NCBI GenBank assembly: GCA_032718475.1
Contig: JAUCBJ010003570.1
Coordinates: 1-48,040, forward strand
Origin: Nemertoderma westbladi
Taxonomy: Eukaryota; Animalia; Xenacoelomorpha
Length of the DNA stretch: 48,040 nucleotides
Reading direction: 5' to 3'
The translations under genes were made by a program, and so were the position numbers. Numbering within the stretch: position 1 is the first letter of the stretch; each line of letters opens with the position of its first letter. Positions 1-10,737 of the stretch are shown in pieces. A model generated the notes under the pieces. The model was not told where the DNA came from. It did no database searches and was given only the letters and a program-made list of their open reading frames with translations.

Positions 1-463
1 CTTCCCTTGTGTATCCCTCATAACGATCTTTAGTTGATCGCTTACTTCTCGCCCAATCGATCTGGTGTTCTTCCACCGCGATCAATAACCTAGTGAGTAC
101 GGCTGCAGGAAGGATGAGAAGGGGATCCGAATAAACCGCATCCGTTATCCTTGCTCCGCGCTCGGGTGTCAGTTCTACAGTATCTTCACTACTGGAGCTG
201 TTGGGCCGCTGAGAAATAAGTTCTTGGCTCGCGGGTTGTTGCTGTTCCGCTGCTTCTTGGTCCCGCTTGACCTGAGCTCGAGTGCCTATGATAGACCTAC
301 GATGTTGGACCAGCCTAGGTTCTGTTATTACTACTGGAGGGATGACCTTCCTCACAGTGGGAGGTGAACTGAACTTAGGACTAGACGGTTCTACACCTCT
401 ATCTGAGTCGCAGATAGTTACATCTAATAAACTGTCTGACAGGTTCTGTTTAGTATCAGACAT
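1..463 (-). CDS. N-terminus of an ORF (possibly Gag of element B), truncated by the window edge
   Basis: My translation from ATG 463 is MSDTKQNLSDSLLDVTICDSDRGVEPSSPKF...DWARSKRSTKDRYEGYTRE, with no stop before position 1. It is missing from the ORF track because there is no stop. No diagnostic domain is visible. Confidence 0.5.
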   Translation of the reverse strand, partial: MSDTKQNLSDSLLDVTICDSDRGVEPSSPKFSSPPTVRKVIPPVVITEPRLVQHRRSIIGTRAQVKRDQEAAEQQQPASQELISQRPNSSSSEDTVELTPERGARITDAVYSDPLLILPAAVLTRLLIAVEEHQIDWARSKRSTKDRYEGYTRE

Positions 464-1789
464 GTTGGTTTGCACAGTTGAATGTCTACTGCTATTACAG
501 TCTAAGTAAGTCTAGTAATTCAGAATTAACTGCTAGCCTAGTAATTAATTACCGATACTGCTACTCAGTGTAGCGTGATATATAATATATTAGTATACCG
601 GTATGCTTATAGTATATATAAGTATTATTACAGACTAGTTTATCACAGAATACCGGTAGGTAATTTTAGCACAAATATATAAATATATAATAGGCCTATC
701 GTGAATACCGGTATGCAGTTTACACCTATAATGTATATATATAAGTATAATTACAGACTAGAATTAATTACAGAATACTGGTATGATTTCAGCACAAGTA
801 TATAAATATATAATAGGCCTATCGTAAATACCGGTATATCAATTATTTTAGAATAATTGAATTTCTGAATTTTAAGGGTTACTTGGTTACTTTAACTTAC
901 TTTATTACCGTTATTTAAGCAGTAGTCCAACTGATATTGAGACCTAATTGTTATGTGGCAGGCCTACTATTTATAAATCGTTTTAGTTGATTTATAATAT
1001 ATATATACCCGTTTAATGGGTTTTGTCAATGTTTGAAATAAATGTTATTATTTCTGGGGGGAGTCACTACACAGAAGCTGTGCGCTCTCAGTGGAGTGCT
1101 ACTTGTTAGACACTAAAACAAATAATTCTAATTTACCTAAGTTACTTAATACTACAAATTACGTACAATTCGGGTTGAGATTACAATCTCTAAATAAACA
1201 CAAAAATTTAATTACAAATACACAAATACAAATTTTTAGGGTAATTTTACAAGAAGTCTACTAACCAGCCTAACAAAGGGTTAGAATATCTGGTTATTAC
1301 AACGGACAGGTTACTACGGTATTTGAAAATAATAAGTAGTAGTAAATATACTGCGTTGTCCAGATAGGAAAATACCACCGCCTGACGACCTATAACCGTA
1401 TCGCTATAGGTACTACGTTATGTATCACGGAGTGTCCCTACCTAGAAGTTAATTACCGCGGTCTACCAGAACCAACGTGCCTATTAACCACTTTACAACA
1501 CAAATACACTGCCTACACACTAATCACCTTCGGAAAGTACTGTACACTAAACCCTAAATTAGGTACAAGTACTTGTATAACAAATAATTAGTAGTTAAAA
1601 ATACTTGAACAGCCAAAAGAACCACGGCATCTGCTGGAGTGATCGGTGCACAAAATCACCAGTCTTTACCTACGCCAAGCAGCCCGTATAGTACCGGGGT
1701 TAGTTTAACTATAACGGTATGTATAACAAACACAATTACTGTAGGAATAAACTTGGGGATATGAATGTTGCGAATAATCGCATAAACTC

Positions 1790-2370
1790 TGAATAATAAA
1801 TATTACGCTACGCGTACAGACTATTCAAACAAAATGCAGACCAAATACTGACAGACTACTATCAAGCCTAAACAAACTACGGTATATGTAGACTCCAAAA
1901 TGGTTAAGTAGTATGCGTTCTAACCCAGTAGTACGACTTATTCTTTAAATGGGGGTTTACCTTACAGCAATGGCTGCCCCTACTTCCTAACCGTTCTTTA
2001 TCGGACAGATGCTTTACACACACCGAAATTTCCTCAAACCCAACAGCAGCCAGACAACTATCCAGCCTACAAATTATCTAAATAAAATTATACGCTACCC
2101 GTACAAACTACACAAACAAAGTACAGACCAAACGCTGGCGGACTCCTATCAAGTCTAAATAAACCACAGGACATGCAGACTCCGAAATGGTTAAGTAGTA
2201 TGCGTTCTAACCCAGTAGTACGACTTATTCTTTAGATGGGGGTTTACCTTACAGCAATGGCTGCCCCTACTTCCTAACCGTTCTTTATCGGACATACACT
2301 CTACATGCACTGCAATCCGTTCAGACCTAATCAACAGTTAGCCAACAGTCAAGCCTACAAATTATCTGTA
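1790..2370. repeat. ~290-bp direct tandem duplication in the leader of element B
   Basis: GACTCC(A/G)AAATGGTTAAGTAGTATGCGTTCTAACCC...CCGTTCTTTATCGGACA is near-identical at ~1891-2007 and ~2179-2294. A second, shorter duplication lies at ~600-840. Confidence 0.85.
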
Positions 2371-3981
2371 CAATCTGCACAGGCTTACACGCCTTCTGCT
2401 CAATACTGGCCTACAAATAAATAAAACTGACAGAAATAAGTAAGCTCCAAAAGAAACAAGGGGTGTACAGTCCCTAATCTCTTAAACAGCCTACCGGTAT
2501 ACAATACCACAATCGAATAATACTGCTGTACCTGTACCGTAAGTAGGTACCGGTCCGGATGATCAGGCAGTCAGGCCTACTGGTTACCGGTCGACCGGTA
2601 CTTTCTACTAGATTGCTTACACCGCAATCCAGAACGTATTTCTGTTATTGTTTGCGCTTTTGAAGACCTTTGACAGTTTAACCTGCCAAAATTAGAATGT
2701 CTTTTGGATGATAGATAGTCTTTAGCCTATGACGAGTATTTAATACACTACATTAGCCGAAGCCAGTCTATGCGCAATCATTCACCCGTTGGATATACCC
2801 GGGAAACTGAGTTCGGAGCTTAATGATTGATGGTGTAAGCCTACCGTATTATTCGACTGATCGTAATATATAATCTCTGACAAATATTATTCACTTTCGG
2901 GAAATATTAACAGTTCCTTTAGGACGTGGCGCTCTAAATATGTAAACAGAGTTATGGCTTAAACTAGACACAACGAAAAGGCTATAGATTCACGTATATG
3001 GCGCATTCTTTAGGAGATGCTTTGTTATCAGTTACACTCATACACAATGCTGCACAATACTGCACACTAATCTGCCGACCTTCACTAAATTTAGTCACGT
3101 ATAAAGAGAGCAACAGACAATTTATGTTGGGCATATTAAATAGCATTAGATTCACTTCAAACCACTCAACATAGGTCGCAATCGTTTATCTGTAACCGGT
3201 CTCTCTAACCTTTAGTATATCAAGAAGGTGGGGTATCTGATTATTGATCAGTATTCCGATATGATATTTCATCAACAAATATAATGAATAACCGACAGCA
3301 AAAGCAGTAATATTAATAATTTATGGATAGTAAATGAGTGAATAGCTCGCTAAGTAGCTCGATAACAGATATACGTTCTATAATTAAGCCTACTAATGTA
3401 AGACTAAAGACTGAAACACGGAGGTGCCAAAAGCCGGTTCTTAGGCTCTGGGCAAAAACATAACACTGAATTATTGAGTTTCTGTATACACCTCCAACAC
3501 AGAGACAACAAACGCTCTGATTGGTCAACCGAACAACGAGAGAACAAAGAAACAAAGAAACGTCGACGTGGCAATATCAGCTGTTAGCCGTCGTCATGGT
3601 AGCGACACTGTTTTCAAGAGTATCTAGCTTATCGCGTCACGAGATTGCGGATTATGTCCTCTAAAGTACGAATACAGTACAAATACATAAGAAATGACTT
3701 TTATGTCCTCTAAAACACCAGTACAGCAAGGACACGGCCCTTTTATGCCTGGCAAACCAACTACAGAGTACTTTAAGGGAAAATAACCGGTTAATGACGC
3801 AAAAGCTTTTACAGCCTGGTAGGCCTCGTAGTTGGTAGGCAGGAGGTAGCGGGGTTGAGCCAACCCAAGGTGGGCCTGGTAGGCCTCGCAGTAGTAGAGA
3901 GAGAGGCGGGGGTGAATAGACCCAGCCGTAGTAGAGATAGTGTGTCGACTAGAGAGGGGTGTAGAAGTGGAGTAAGAGATA

Positions 3982-4662
3982 GTGAAGTTAGATGTGGCGA
4001 GTGGGGGGGGGGCTACGGGCGCCCCACCACATAAGATTAGTGGTGAGAGAAGGGGGGTAGAAAATGTCCGACAAGAGGGACGCAGAAGTGTAGTAAGAGA
4101 TAGTGAAGTTAGAAGTGGCGGGTGGGGGGGGGGGGGGGGGGCTATGGGCGCCCCACCGCGAGAGATTAGTAGAGAGAGAGGGGGGGCAGAGAGTGTCCCA
4201 CAGGCGTCGGCGGATAATGCGCGGGCCGAGTTAGGTAAACCGCAACACCCGGCGATGGAGAATAATAGGGGGATTGTGAGTATCCCCAGCGGCGTGCGAT
4301 CGAGCAGAGAGAGACAGGTTGACATCGCGAGAGGGCGGACGACGGAACGTCGAGCCCAGTCAGAAGAGAGAAGATTAGTAGAGTTTAATAGAGAGGTCGA
4401 AGATAGAAGAAGATTAGTAGAGTTTAACCGAGAGGTCGAAGAGAGAAGAAAGGAAGATAATAGAAGAGTCGTTGCTAGGAGCAACCGGAGAGCGAGGACG
4501 GATAGCGAGCCGTCGCTAGTAGAGATAGAGTTAGGGAGTCAGTGGGGTCGAACTTCGGGAGATTGCCGTCGCCCCGGAGAAACGGAGAGCGGTACAGGAC
4601 GTACCGGTATGAAGAAGAGAACAGGAGAGGGGATCGAGGGGAAACTTCCTGACGGGATATAG
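3982..4662 (+). pseudogene. Low-complexity R/E/G-rich upstream part of element A gag, frameshifted at poly-G runs
   Basis: Open frames from ~3815 with internal repeats (RDSEVR..GGG.A.GAPP x2; RRLVEFNREVE x2), contiguous with the gag ORF. Confidence 0.55.
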
Positions 4663-4736
4663 CTGCCGATCGAGAGTACGGTAGTCGCGGGGAGATTCGA
4701 GATTCGCGAAGAATAAACTTCGGTTCGGAAGGGCAC

Positions 4737-7214
4737 ATGCAGACTGCAGGACATACTGTAGGCCTTACTGCACATACTATTATAGGCCATGCTGGGAGAG
4801 GTAGAGTAGGCGATAGGGTAGCGCGAACGACGGGATTAAACCCGGAAGTCGCGGAGTACATACCGGTAGGTAGACAAGAAGCAGATAGGCCTATATCGGT
4901 ACCGGTACAGCAGCATGACTATAATACACAAGAACATTACATATATCCAGGGGAGGGGGGAATTATTGTAGATAGATGTATGGGCCCCAATATATTAACA
5001 TCAACCCCAGTACCAAACATACCGGTGGGGGGGGGGGGGGGACAGGGTGACATTCCCCCATTACAATATCAACAATATACCCCAATAGGAGCGAGAACAT
5101 CGAACCCCTTGGACAAGAACAGATCGTGCGACACGGAAATATGGAGGGGGCCGTTACCCCCAATGATATATCCGACGCAACAAGCCATGTCAACAGATAG
5201 GATGGACGGACCGCACCCAACAGGAGAAACTGTACAACATCCATCGAACCCATTGGAAGCGCAAGCGATGGGAATGGCCACATTAATCGATGCATTAAAG
5301 ACCAGGATCGAGTTACCACCAGTCGAGCCATTTAAATTCGACGGAAGTAGGCCGGAAGAATACCTGCAGTTTCGGCGCATGTACAGCAACGAGATATTAA
5401 GTAAGAACTTGACGCAGGCGGAGTGCCTAAAATATCTGCAAGTATATACAGGAGGCCCAGCATACGACATCGTGAGGCAATACCAGGGCATCGAGGGCGG
5501 CTTCACGACAGCATGGCGGGCGCTAGATAGGGAATACGGGCACCCGGCCAAGATCATCCGGCAGACCCTGAGAGGCATAACATCGGATGGCCTACAGGAT
5601 AATCCCGTTAGCATAAGGACCTTTGCGAACAAGGTCGAGAAGGCGTTAATCGTGTTAAAGATGCTAGACGCACCATACGAACTCAACGCGTCTAACAACA
5701 TCACCACGATAGCGCAGGCACTGCCGATCTGGCTGCGGAGAAAGTGGAGGAAGATCGCCTACTCCACTCGAGAGAAGAAAGGTGCGGAACCGGGCCTAGA
5801 AGAAATGTCGAGCTTCCTAAACTATGAAGCTGAATTAATTACAGACCCAGTCTATAGTGAGGATAGTTTGGGGAAGGCACCAAAGACTGAATACAACAGG
5901 CCTGGACCCGAACATAATCCGACGGATCCATTCTCAAGAGTAAGAGAGTCGCTACCACACGCGGCCACACAGGGGGCTACAAGCCCACAGTTAGCTGGGA
6001 GTAGGGCCACACCGTGGCAGGGGCAGAAAGAAAATAACACCATAAATAAACACAATCCCAATATACCCAGTAGGCCGAGTACAGACAACCAAAACACTAA
6101 ATCGGTACATATAAACCTACGCGCGATACGTGAGGGACTATACAGGGAACGCTATAATCCAGGATTCGAATGTCAATTACACCGGGACGGAACCCATAAG
6201 ACCAGGAGTTGTAAGCACTGGCAAGCGTTGCCCAAACAAGATCGTGTAGCCTACACAGACGCAAATGGACTATGTCATCGATGTGTGGTAGAAGGACACA
6301 GACCCGGAGAGTGTAGAGAAACAGCAGCAAGAGAGGAGGAGACTGGAGGCCAAACAATGGCTACAAGCATGACAGAAGAGGAGAAGAAGAGAAAAGTACT
6401 ACTCGGGGTAGTACCAGTGAAGATATCAGGAGAGGGTGGTCGATCAGTAACGACATTAATGCTGGTCGACAGCGGAGCAGCCTTCACGCTGGTGGAGAAC
6501 TGGGTGGCCGAAGAGATAGGGGTAAAGACGAGGCCGAACAGAATGGCGGTAACTACCGTCTCGAGTAAAGATGAGGTCCTGGAGACGAGGACGGGGCGGT
6601 GCAGGATAGCAGCGATTGCACCGGGATGCGACTATGGGGCGACGATCGACCCCATCCACGTCATCGAATCGATAAACATCAACGCCAGGCGACCAACCAA
6701 CATTGATGTCGAGCAGTATAGATTCCTGGACGGTATCGATTTCTCAATACCAAAGGTGGATGTTAGGAAGGTGTCCATTATAGTAGGAATGGACTGCCCA
6801 ACAGCCCATGAGAGGATGAAGACGGTCTTCGGCGAAGACAGGCAGCGGGACCCGACGGCGATCCTCACGCCGTTCGGATGGACGCTTAGCGGCCCAGTTA
6901 AAACTAAGATCCCATGCAGTGTGACAGAGACATCTGGGTGCATGATACCAGGCACCGAAGACGCAGAGGAAGTAGAGGAGAAACAAGAGATAGTAGAGCC
7001 AGATAGGGAGGTGACAGTAAGAAAGTGGGCAGAGGAGAGTAGGTTTCCCAGCAAGCATCGGTATGGAGATGGAGCGGAGCGGACGGCGAGGTGTCCGGAG
7101 GACAACACTCCGGGGGAGTGTCCAGAGGAGTGTCCGGAAGAGACGCAGGTCCGGTTTGGAGGCATACCAACAAGGAGGAAGTCGAGAAGGAAGGCAGGAT
7201 GGAAGGGGATATGA
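4737..7214 (+). CDS. gag: BEL/Pao Gag plus aspartic protease polyprotein (825 aa)
   Basis: DUF1759-like core ELPPVEPFKFDGSRPEEYLQFRRMY...AWRALDREYGHP; zinc knuckles CQLH-x4-H-x4-C and CHRC-x4-H-x4-C; protease motif LVDSGA; BEL-typical PTAILTPFGWTLSGP. Confidence 0.88.
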   Translation: MQTAGHTVGLTAHTIIGHAGRGRVGDRVARTTGLNPEVAEYIPVGRQEADRPISVPVQQHDYNTQEHYIYPGEGGIIVDRCMGPNILTSTPVPNIPVGGGGGQGDIPPLQYQQYTPIGARTSNPLDKNRSCDTEIWRGPLPPMIYPTQQAMSTDRMDGPHPTGETVQHPSNPLEAQAMGMATLIDALKTRIELPPVEPFKFDGSRPEEYLQFRRMYSNEILSKNLTQAECLKYLQVYTGGPAYDIVRQYQGIEGGFTTAWRALDREYGHPAKIIRQTLRGITSDGLQDNPVSIRTFANKVEKALIVLKMLDAPYELNASNNITTIAQALPIWLRRKWRKIAYSTREKKGAEPGLEEMSSFLNYEAELITDPVYSEDSLGKAPKTEYNRPGPEHNPTDPFSRVRESLPHAATQGATSPQLAGSRATPWQGQKENNTINKHNPNIPSRPSTDNQNTKSVHINLRAIREGLYRERYNPGFECQLHRDGTHKTRSCKHWQALPKQDRVAYTDANGLCHRCVVEGHRPGECRETAAREEETGGQTMATSMTEEEKKRKVLLGVVPVKISGEGGRSVTTLMLVDSGAAFTLVENWVAEEIGVKTRPNRMAVTTVSSKDEVLETRTGRCRIAAIAPGCDYGATIDPIHVIESININARRPTNIDVEQYRFLDGIDFSIPKVDVRKVSIIVGMDCPTAHERMKTVFGEDRQRDPTAILTPFGWTLSGPVKTKIPCSVTETSGCMIPGTEDAEEVEEKQEIVEPDREVTVRKWAEESRFPSKHRYGDGAERTARCPEDNTPGECPEECPEETQVRFGGIPTRRKSRRKAGWKGI

Positions 7215-7659
7215 CTACTATTGTACCTTCTGTTCTGCCTGTTCTTTCACTTTCTATTCATTCTGCTGGTGGGAGACAACAAGGAGAGAAGTGGCATTTT
7301 GATGCCAGGAGATGAGCTAGTTAAGAAGGCGGCGGAGAGACCCGATTTCAGGGTGGCAGAAGAGGGAGAACCAATTCCTGGTGAGATGGAATTGGCGAAG
7401 AGAGTGCGGCGAATCCTACAGGACCTACAAGAGCAGCAGTGGGAGAGTGCCTGTTGGAAGAATCGCCCTAGTTAGGAGGTTTAGTCGTCCAATATTTTGG
7501 ACTGAGAGGGGTGGGAATGAGGGCGAGACGAGACGCCCTTCCCACAAAAATAATTATTTAATTTAAATAAACAATAATAAATAATTAAATAATTAAAAAT
7601 AAGACAGATAGTAGAAGAAGTAGATTAGTAGAAGTTAGAAGTAGTAAAGGATAGTAAGT

Positions 7660-8600
7660 AGAGCGGTTAGAAGGCGGCGGAGTATAGGGAGTGTGGTATA
7701 AACATACCACGGGAGTAGAGGTACGTAGTACCGGGAGCTAAGTTAGAAGGCGGCGGGGTAAGGGAGTGTGGCATATTGTCATGCCACGAGTAGTAGTAGG
7801 GGGGTCGTGGGCACCGGAAGCACCACGTAGAAAGTAGTAGTGGTAGAGAGGTTGTGGGCACCATAAGCGCCACGTAGAAAGTAGTAAGAGAGAGGTTGTG
7901 GGCACCATAAGCGCCACGTAGAAAGTAGTAAGAGAGTGGTTGTGGGCACCGCAAGCGCCACGTAGATAGAGGTATTAGTGGAGGTGGAGATGTAGTAGTA
8001 GAAAGTAGTGGAGAGGGCACATAGGGTGCCAGGTAGTAGAGTTAGAAGGCGGCGGGGAACAGGGAGTGTGGCATATTGTCATGCCACGAGCAGTAGTAGA
8101 GAGGTTGTGGGCACCGGAAGCGCCACGTAGATGGAAATTGTAGTAAAGGGGTTGTGGGCACCCTAGGCGCCACGTAGTTAGAAGAGTGGATAGAGTTAGA
8201 GAGTTCTAGTTAGAGGGCTAGGGAGTCAGTAGACTTAGAGGAGTCGAGTAGAGTTACTAGAGTTGAAGATAGTAGCAGAGTAGAAGTAGTAGTAGAATGG
8301 TTGTGGGCACCACAAGCGCCACTTAGATGGAGGATTTTAGTCAGAGTTAGAAAAGAGTTAGTAGAGTTAGTAGACTTAGTAGTAGAGTTAGAGAGTTCTA
8401 ATTAGAGTTAGTAGAAAGTTAGAGGCTTTTAGTCAGAGCTAGAAGTAGTAAGAGTTAGCAGAGAGTAGAGTTAGTAGTTAGTAGAGTTAGGAGTTAGTTA
8501 GAGTTAGAGAAGTTAGATAGTTAGCAAGTTAGACCTTAGATAAGGTAGATAGTATGATAGCACAGGGGTAGCATTAGAGATTAGGGCCTTAGGGAGTGGC
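7660..8600 (+). repeat. Purine-rich repeat array in the 3' region of element A
   Basis: About 7 copies of GTTGTGGGCACCnnAAGCGCCACGTAG (44-bp period at ~7851/7895/7939), 3 copies of GTTAGAAGGCGGCGG..GGGAGTGTGG, and degenerate (GTTAGA/GTAG)n. Confidence 0.85.
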
Positions 8601-8930
8601 AGAGAGTAGGGAGGAGATAGTGAGAAGAGCTGTTGGCGAGAGAGAAGAGTGCGATTCAGGTGTGGGGAGAGGGTAAGAGCGAGTTGAGTCAGAGAGCGGA
8701 GTTAGAGTGGTGAGAGTGTCGGGGAAACAAAAATTGTGTGAGAGAAGCGACGATCGGCCCGACACGAGACGCCAGAGGGTAGTGACATCATACCCATAGG
8801 GAGCGGCCTGGAAAGCCGACTCCAAGAAAATAACTCCACCCCACACCCGATAATAGATCGAGTTCCAGCGGAATTGAAGCGCACTAGTGGTTGATGCTAT
8901 CTTCTCACCGGGAAGATAGCATGGGGGGAG

Positions 8931-9507
8931 TGTTAGCGAATCAATTCCGCTAACACCCCACAAAGTTGGGCCAGCGAGGCCTCTAAGCAATATTGGGAGC
9001 ACGAGGTTGATTACCAATATCAACCTCGTGTCACCCCAATAAAACGGGGATAACAAACCCCAGAGGGCCTCACACAATGGAGGTCAGGGGTTAAGCCTCC
9101 AGGGAGAAGGGAAGTAACAGCAGCGGGGGGGAAACACCCCCACAGGGCAAAGGGTGTGAAGTGGATTAGTAGCCCATGGGGGGGGGGGGGGGGGGCAGGC
9201 ATCAGCTGAGTAGCAAGGCCACAGTGCAGTAACCAATATATATTATGTTACATACCACATTACCGGTCAGTTTACTCAGTGATTAGTTTACCGCGGACCG
9301 GCCACATAGTTTGACCGCCGTTGCGGTGCTGTATACATTATCCTACCGGTACCTGTATCTACCAATTATTGCTATTATCTATATTACAATATTATACTTC
9401 AGTTGAACACCGAACTCAGACCTTATATATATTATATCACATCCACCCATCAGCCCGCTGTGACGCGTACTAACTACAACCGGTCGGGATCCATTGATCC
9501 CGTCACA
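8931..9507 (+). repeat. 3' LTR of element A (577 bp)
   Basis: TGTTAGCG...CCCGTCACA, preceded by the PPT; ~99% identical to the reverse complement of 31922-32494. Confidence 0.92.
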
Positions 9508-10416
9508 ACTCTCATGCTATCTATGTTCTCGCTCTACTTCTCTCTGCACTCACCCTATTTCTTCCTGCTTCCTTTCCCGCTCTCGAGCTATTTATCATCA
9601 TTCGCTCTGTTTCTCTCCGGTCTCTAGCCTCACACTCCTATAACTCCCACAGAGCATCCTGTTCTTTTGTTTTGGATACGTCTAATACATACCTCGCACT
9701 TATATTTGCAGCCTGTCTTACTATGGATGGCATAATTGATTTTAATGATAAATCACTACGTGCACCTCTTGGCCTCAACCTCCTGATGACAAGTAATCCT
9801 TGGGGTTTACTTCATCCGGATGCGTGTCATCGACTTTCCCCCTCCCCATTTTGGCATGGTTCGACCACGCGCTCTATATAAGGTCCTACTACAATGTCTC
9901 GTAAAATTAACCTCCCATTAATAAGAGTTCTTATACCTTCCACCAGCCTCTGGTGGCGGCTAATTGGTCAGCCCTATCTGATTCACCCATCTTGTTTAAA
10001 TGTTCAAAGTATAAGTTCGTAATATAAAGAGTATTTGTGAGAGACATATGTGACTGAAATATAAGTTGATATTACACCAGTATAAACTACTATAGCTTGA
10101 GAGGGGTTTGTGTTATTGCTATCCTGGCCAATGAGAGATCGCGTGTGCTGCTCTGCCATTGGCTGTTGCCTTGAAGATTGTTTGCATAGTTTGCTGATTG
10201 TCCCTCTCTCACTATTATGTGTGTGTTGGCAACGGTTTGTGGTTAGCAAGCCGATGCCTAAGTAGGTTGTTATATGCACCAATAAATACAAACAAATATA
10301 CACATGAACAATAGGTTTAACATTTAGTACACAATGAATGATAGCTTGCGCGGCCCGGCAGGCTCCCTGATTGTAAGTTGACCTTTGGGGTTTGGCATAC
10401 AATAGGGGTGCTAACA
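9508..10416 (-). mobile_element. Older decayed BEL-like element (putative LTR 10416-10001 plus gag N-terminus), target of the element A insertion
   Basis: Minus strand starts TGTTAGCA at 10416, with an ATG at 9990. Remnant peptides DIVVGPYI...EVNPKDY and ARERERKQEEIG*VQREVEREHR resemble the element A gag N-terminus (DVVYIGPYL...EVSSEDSVSS). It continues at 32495. Confidence 0.55.
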
Positions 10417-10737
10417 GATTTTCCCACTTTGATTAATATGTGATATGTTATGTGATATGTTGGTTTTGGGGTGATGAAGTGCCTAAGGGTTAATCCCTTA
10501 TCAGATATGACTCATATGCCTTATGTCAAAAGATGGAACATGGGACATCAGCACTTTCTACTAATGGGTCATAACTTACGACTTATGACATTCGGCTTAC
10601 CAGTGCAGTGGAGCATGGGCTTTAGTGATCCATGAATAGCTACAACAAAATATGCTAAATAATTCCTCCAAAAATATAGTGTTCGTTTTCAGTCATCACG
10701 TTATGAACAAGGTTTAATGAAAGGTTTAGGACAATGT

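Larger units (their letters stand above)
1..3813 (-). mobile_element. 5' part of a probable LTR retrotransposon (element B) inserted into the gag of element A
   Basis: On the minus strand it starts TGTAAAAGCTTTTGCG at 3813, exactly where the gag-like frame of element A stops. A long AT-rich leader follows, then an ORF from ATG 463 that runs off the window. The inner LTR boundary and PBS were not located. Confidence 0.45.
3814..9507 (+). mobile_element. BEL/Pao-type LTR retrotransposon (element A), 3' portion: gag-protease, repeat-rich 3' region, PPT, 3' LTR; no pol
   Basis: BEL-type Gag/protease ORF, polypurine tract GGGGGGAG at 8923-8930, TG...CA LTR at 8931-9507, flanked by ACTCT. Confidence 0.85.

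Noticed and set aside
7221-7475. env-like ORF with a hydrophobic N-terminus
   Set aside because: Only 84 aa, with no fusion-protein features; more likely a frameshifted tail of the gag-protease region.
7790-8330. CRISPR-like repeat-spacer pattern
   Set aside because: The spacers are themselves repetitive, irregular in length, and lie inside an LTR element.
8589-9077. Antisense ORF also seen at 32348-32533
   Set aside because: It recurs only because it lies in the duplicated LTR; non-ATG start and no domain.
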